DNA of 64,000 nucleotides from Cycas panzhihuaensis (Eukaryota; Plantae; Cycadophyta): NCBI GenBank assembly GCA_023213395.1, contig CM041465.1, positions 92,635,741 to 92,699,740 of the forward strand, read 5' to 3'. Shown piece by piece: positions 60,651 to 64,000 of this stretch (position 1 is its first letter; each line of letters starts with the position of its first letter). The notes under the pieces were generated by a model. It saw only the letters and a program-made list of their open reading frames with translations, ran no database searches and was not told where the DNA came from. The position numbers and the translations under genes were made by a program.

Positions 60651-63600
60651 GCCATTATGGAGGAGAATGTTGGGATAATGCCTAATTTAGAAATATATAT
60701 GGGCATATTGGGCCTCTAAATGGCACCTTGAGCCTCTAAAAGTCACCTCAGGCCACCAAATACCACCAAGTAGCTACCTACAATTGACATGGAGCCACTA
60801 CATCTACCACATATATGATAATTTAATTATGTTCTTAATATTTTAATAATTATTTGAATTTCAACTTAAATCAAGTTGAGGCACTTGTGGCCTCCCCAAA
60901 ATTCTATTTATAGGTGGGAAATGCCTCCCTGTTGTTTTTTAACATCGCCACTCTACATTCAGAAATTATTTAATTTGAAGATGATGATTCAACACTTATA
61001 ATCCTCCCACTCTACTCCTTGATACCAACAAAAAATTAAATGCATTTCAACATTTAACACATTTTCTATTAAAGTAAAATTGACTGTATAAAGTCTCATC
61101 CTTAAATTTTGCTTCCCTTCTATCTTAGGCAACTGAGATTCTACAATGGTTTTCAAGTACCATTAGGGAGTTTCTTAGCATGTGGAATAACATTAAGTTG
61201 CATTTTAAGCTGTGACTTCTGAGTGTCTTCATACTCCTCCTCCTCACCTCCTTCTTCTTCATCCTCATCTTTCTAATTCGACTTGGTTTTAGGCTTGATA
61301 AATTGGTACCTTAAAGAACTAGATTTCGATTATTCCTTAATATACTTCCCTTTGTCTTGCCAAATCCTTAAAGTGTCTAGGTCTTAGTTATAATATGTAT
61401 CCTACTTATTATCTTTTTTAAAGATCATGTTCTAAGTTATGTGTACCTTTTTTATTACCGACCAATATAACTGGCACACTTCACTTTGTTTATTATACCC
61501 TATGAGGATGCACTTGAAAATTTTATTATTAAATGTTTAGTGTTTCTCCTTTAGAACATGCATATACATAGTACTCCCAAAGATTGTTAGATGGCTTACT
61601 CTAGATCTTCTACTTGGCCATGTTTTCTCAAGTTTCATGCTTTAGACAACTTTTATAATACTGTCATTAGTTAGATATACTATTATACAAATAACTTTAT
61701 CCCAAAAAAAATTCTAAGAGAATCTTTGCTTTCATCATCAACTTGGCTTTTTGGAGTAATGTCTTATTCATTCTCTCAATAACACCATTTTGTTGTGGTG
61801 TGTATGTTATCCTAACTACTTCCTAATTCCATGGACCTTACAAAATTGGATAAAGGTATTGGAGGTACATTCTCCATTATCTAATGTGAGTATCTCCACC
61901 CTTTAACCACTTTCCTTCTTCTCTTTTACTTTGAACTCCTTAAAATTTTTGAATGTTCAAGACTTCTCCCTTATGGGATACATCTAAACATTCTTCAAAA
62001 TATCATTAATAAAGGCCTACAAATATCTTACACCTCTAAGTGAAGTGATAGGCATCAGACCAAAATTTTTTGAATGGATTAGGCCTAGCTTTTCAGTTAC
62101 TCTTCAAGATTTACCTTTTTAGAAATTTCTCCCTGTGCTACTTCCCAAAGATATAAGGTTTACAGATACCTTTCTTTACTTTAAAATTTGAAGCCCATGT
62201 ACCATATTCAACTTGTGCATCAAATGTAGACTAGGGATGTGTAAATGCCCCATTCTCTTATGCCACAATTGAATTTTGCCAAATACACTAGTAGTTAATA
62301 TTCTTTGATTTATAAATTTACCTAAGAGCTTGTAAAGACCACTTGTCCTTACACCTTCTATAAGTATTTTATCTTCACAATTACTGATAGTGGCTTACTC
62401 ATCCTTGAAGAGAATAGGCATATTATTGTCTTCAATCTAACTAGCTAAAATTAAATTCTTCTTCAGTTTTGGCACATACATCACATCCTCGATACAGTGA
62501 TCTTCCCTATCAAGTGTAATGAATGAGACCTCCCCTACATCTTTTTCATCTAATGTTATATTATCTTATAAAGTCAATATATAGCTAGTTGCTTCCCACA
62601 TATATCTAAACCATTCAAATCTACTTTTCATATGCTTAGAAGCTCTTGAGTCTATGTACTAAATATTATTTGATTTCACTGCTTATGAAACCACCATGTT
62701 TTGCCAACCACCTTAGTTTTGTTGATCGATTCTTTACTAACCATCCTTGTTATGCTAATGATAAGCTTGAGATTTCTTATAACTCTTCCTAACATGTCCT
62801 AGTTTGTTGTAGTAATAATATGGTTTTGATACAACATAGGGCAACTTGTTTGTATAGGTATTAAATAAACTTTCACCCATGTTTGTGTGGAAAAAATACA
62901 AAAAATAATACAAAAAACTAACAAACCACCAAAAAATGTGTGCTAAATAGCCTTTACATAAAACACATTATATTTTATTAATTTTTAAGATTCTTTCGTC
63001 ACTTCACAAAGCGTGAGAAAAATATAAAATACCTTAGTCACCATGTGGGGAGTTAGAAAATCACCATGTAACCTTGTTAAAATGAAAGAATATAAAAAGT
63101 TACTATAAAAAAGTACTTTAAAATTTTATAGAGGGCTACTTAATGAGCTAAAAAAGAGCTTTGATCCCTATCTCCCATGTGATTAGGAACCATAATAGAG
63201 GGGCTTATCTTTGAATTTCAACTAATTATTAAAGTCAATTTAATATCTCTTAACATTATAAAAATGTAAAAATATTTTAGCCTAAGTTTTAGAAATAGAT
63301 ATACTATTGAATCTAATTTGATTTTTATATTTTCAATAAGTTTTTATTGGCTTAAATAGCAGATCTTGATGGATTTTGTCCATTTTAAGTTGATGAAAAT
63401 TCTTAACAATTTGATTTTTAATCTTTGTCTAGTAAATTTAAATTTTTGTACTTTGCTCCTTTATAATTAGTGATTTGATTGGTATTATTGGTATATGTCT
63501 AAGCTCCATATATTTTTTGTCTCTCCTATTTAACTTCTCATTAAAAATCTAGTAATTTTGAAGTTATCTCAAGAACTAGTTATTGCCCTCTAAGTGTAAT

Positions 63601-64000
63601 GCATTCATTTGTGTTCTTGGCTCAAGGCATTTGGCTTAAACATTGTCTATTTTATTTTATGTTTCAACAATATTTGTGCTATCTTCGTGTTTGATTTTGC
63701 ATAAACTCCATATGATTTCTCTCCATTTAAGTAAGTTTTTAACATTTCTTTGTTGAATCCAAGTGCCATGCCTTGATATTAATCTTCCTAACATTTAACT
63801 CACTAGTGGGTCTTAGGTTGATTTAATGAGGGAGGTGCTGATTTGTGATGATAAGTAGACGTCAAGCTTATGGTTAGGTTTGAAGCACAACATAATGCCT
63901 TGCTTAGGCAAGATGTGCTAGCTCATTGAACTTAGGGTAGAGATGCCCAAACAAAATACTTAACATTGTTGACTTCCATGGATCACATCCAGAGTTTTCC

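Larger units (their letters stand above)
44441..61030 (+). mobile_element. Ty1/Copia element A (decayed, integrase core deleted), containing nested element B
   Basis: ~362 bp LTRs at 44441-44802 and 60668-61030; TSD AAAAA on both sides; decayed PBS TGATATCAGAAC at 44805; PPT GGAGGAGAA before 60668; gag ATG at 47839. Confidence 0.93.
42931..63800 (-). mobile_element. Host Ty1/Copia element C (decayed), split by element A into 42931-44435 and 61036-~63800
   Basis: PPT complement TTCTCCCTTAA at 42931; RNase H/RT 42960-44430 (ORF 43487-43678); integrase ~61400-62100; LWHKRMGHL ~62245-62270; protease *YIDSRASKHM ~62630-62660; decayed knuckle ~62780-62820. The right boundary is approximate. Confidence 0.85.

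Noticed and set aside
62850-63450. Separate insertion inside gag of element C
   Set aside because: AT-rich and non-coding in appearance, but no termini or TSD could be fixed.
1-64000. CRISPR array, rRNA or prokaryotic systems
   Set aside because: No repeat-spacer array or rRNA-like sequence; the window is plant nuclear DNA.

Overview
Eukaryotic (land-plant) genomic DNA; the gene model and the old, transition-riddled repeats suggest a large gymnosperm-type genome, which is inference only. About 90% of the window is nested, decayed retroelements around one gene island (~22.9-27.5 kb). That island holds an intact two-exon ARM-repeat gene (minus strand, 377 aa, no U-box) with a CpG-rich promoter. 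Left of the gene, an L1-type LINE is interrupted by a Copia LTR, two nested chromoviral Gypsy elements (TSDs visible) and probably one more LTR element. Right of the gene are a probable tRNA-derived SINE, a Copia remnant, a ~5.8 kb tandem duplication carrying a gag-only non-autonomous LTR element, and a three-layer Copia nest (C > A > B). The most notable feature is an intronless thioredoxin-h copy with an intact WCGPC site, lying antisense inside the 5' leader of Copia element B. The Copia leaders also share a conserved, probably structured block just upstream of gag, and a recurrent AGCCCC...GGGGCT inverted repeat spanning 70-73 bp. All coordinates and alignments were read by eye; no database searches were run.
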